Positions 63,201 to 64,000 of a stretch of 64,000 nucleotides of DNA are shown one piece after another (the stretch's first letter is position 1; the number at the start of each line of letters is the position of its first letter). A program made the position numbers and the translations under genes. This DNA comes from Harriotta raleighana (Eukaryota), in the NCBI GenBank assembly GCA_050575255.1, contig JBNZDD010013712.1, positions 2,311,628 to 2,375,627 on the forward strand. Reading direction: 5' to 3'. A model generated the notes under the pieces. The model was not told the origin of the DNA, did not search any database, and was given only the letters and a program-made list of their open reading frames with translations.

Positions 63201-64000
63201 TTCTCCTGAACAGCAGTATTAAACANCGCTCCAATGCATGAAATGCTTTCATTTATTTTCCTACTGGCTTTGGGTGTTTCCAGGATTCAGCAGTTAGTCA
63301 TCATAGTATTGGGATCACACATTTAATGAAACATTCTCCTGAACAGCAGTATTAAACCNAGTATTGGGATCACACATTTAATGAAACTTTCTCCTGAACA
63401 GCAGTATTAAACAGCAGAGCAACAAGTTGGTAACTGCTGGCTGTTGATCGAGATCTCCTGCTACTAATTGAGACTTGGTTAACGGGCAGATAAAGAATCA
63501 CAAACACTAAGCATGCCTGCGAACACGAAGATAAGAGAATAGAAAGGCTGGAGGACAACAGAACCAAAGGATGATTATAGATTGATCATGAATGAGAAAG
63601 TTGTAAAACAATACAAATTCTTCTATGAGTTCAGCAAAGAGCAACCCAGGAGATAATTGGTAGCTGATCAGCAATTTCCTTCTCTCCAAATAGCGTTCTG
63701 TAGAGTATTAAGAATCCATAAATATTCATAGTATTATATAAACACAGTTTACTAGCTCACCCAGTCCTCCTGTATTAGCCTAGAACATGAGAGTTGGCAG
63801 GAGATCTTCTGAAATGGGCATCAACGAAAAGGCTGGTTCTCTTTACCCGATCATAGCATACACTCATCTACGGAGGTGTACATACGCACAAGTGTAAAAG
63901 CCCTTAGATGCACTGCAGAGGGGTGCAGCAAGGGTGATCTCCAGGATCAGAGAGATAAGTTATGAGGAATGAATTGAAAAGCGAAATTTCTTCATCGCTG

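Overview
Vertebrate genomic DNA, most likely from a cartilaginous fish (inferred from its DeuSINE, L2, CR1 and Penelope repeat content, not verified). The one gene I can support is the proteolipid-family gene GPM6A (M6a, called DM-beta in sharks) on the minus strand. Coding exons 2-7 are at 35247-35055, 33443-33287, 29658-29505, 28630-28554, 27180-27115 and 18565-18413. All splice sites are GT-AG and the phases are consistent. A ~1.75 kb 3'UTR follows. Canonical exon 1 was not found, so 35.3-64 kb is probably intron 1. The last exon and 3'UTR occur twice, 3851 bp apart, across a 290-N gap; this is most likely a false assembly duplication. The rest is non-coding and repeat-rich: tRNA-headed Deu-domain SINEs, L2 and CR1 fragments, TA-flanked Tigger/pogo-like MITEs, a DIRS-like RT relic, and a Penelope relic in intron 6 with two inverted hammerhead-ribozyme cores. 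Nearly all ORFs in the supplied track are spurious or transposon-derived. I found no convincing new biological system. The best leads are the intronic hammerhead pair, a headless tandem Deu-domain repeat family, and MITEs nested in SINEs.
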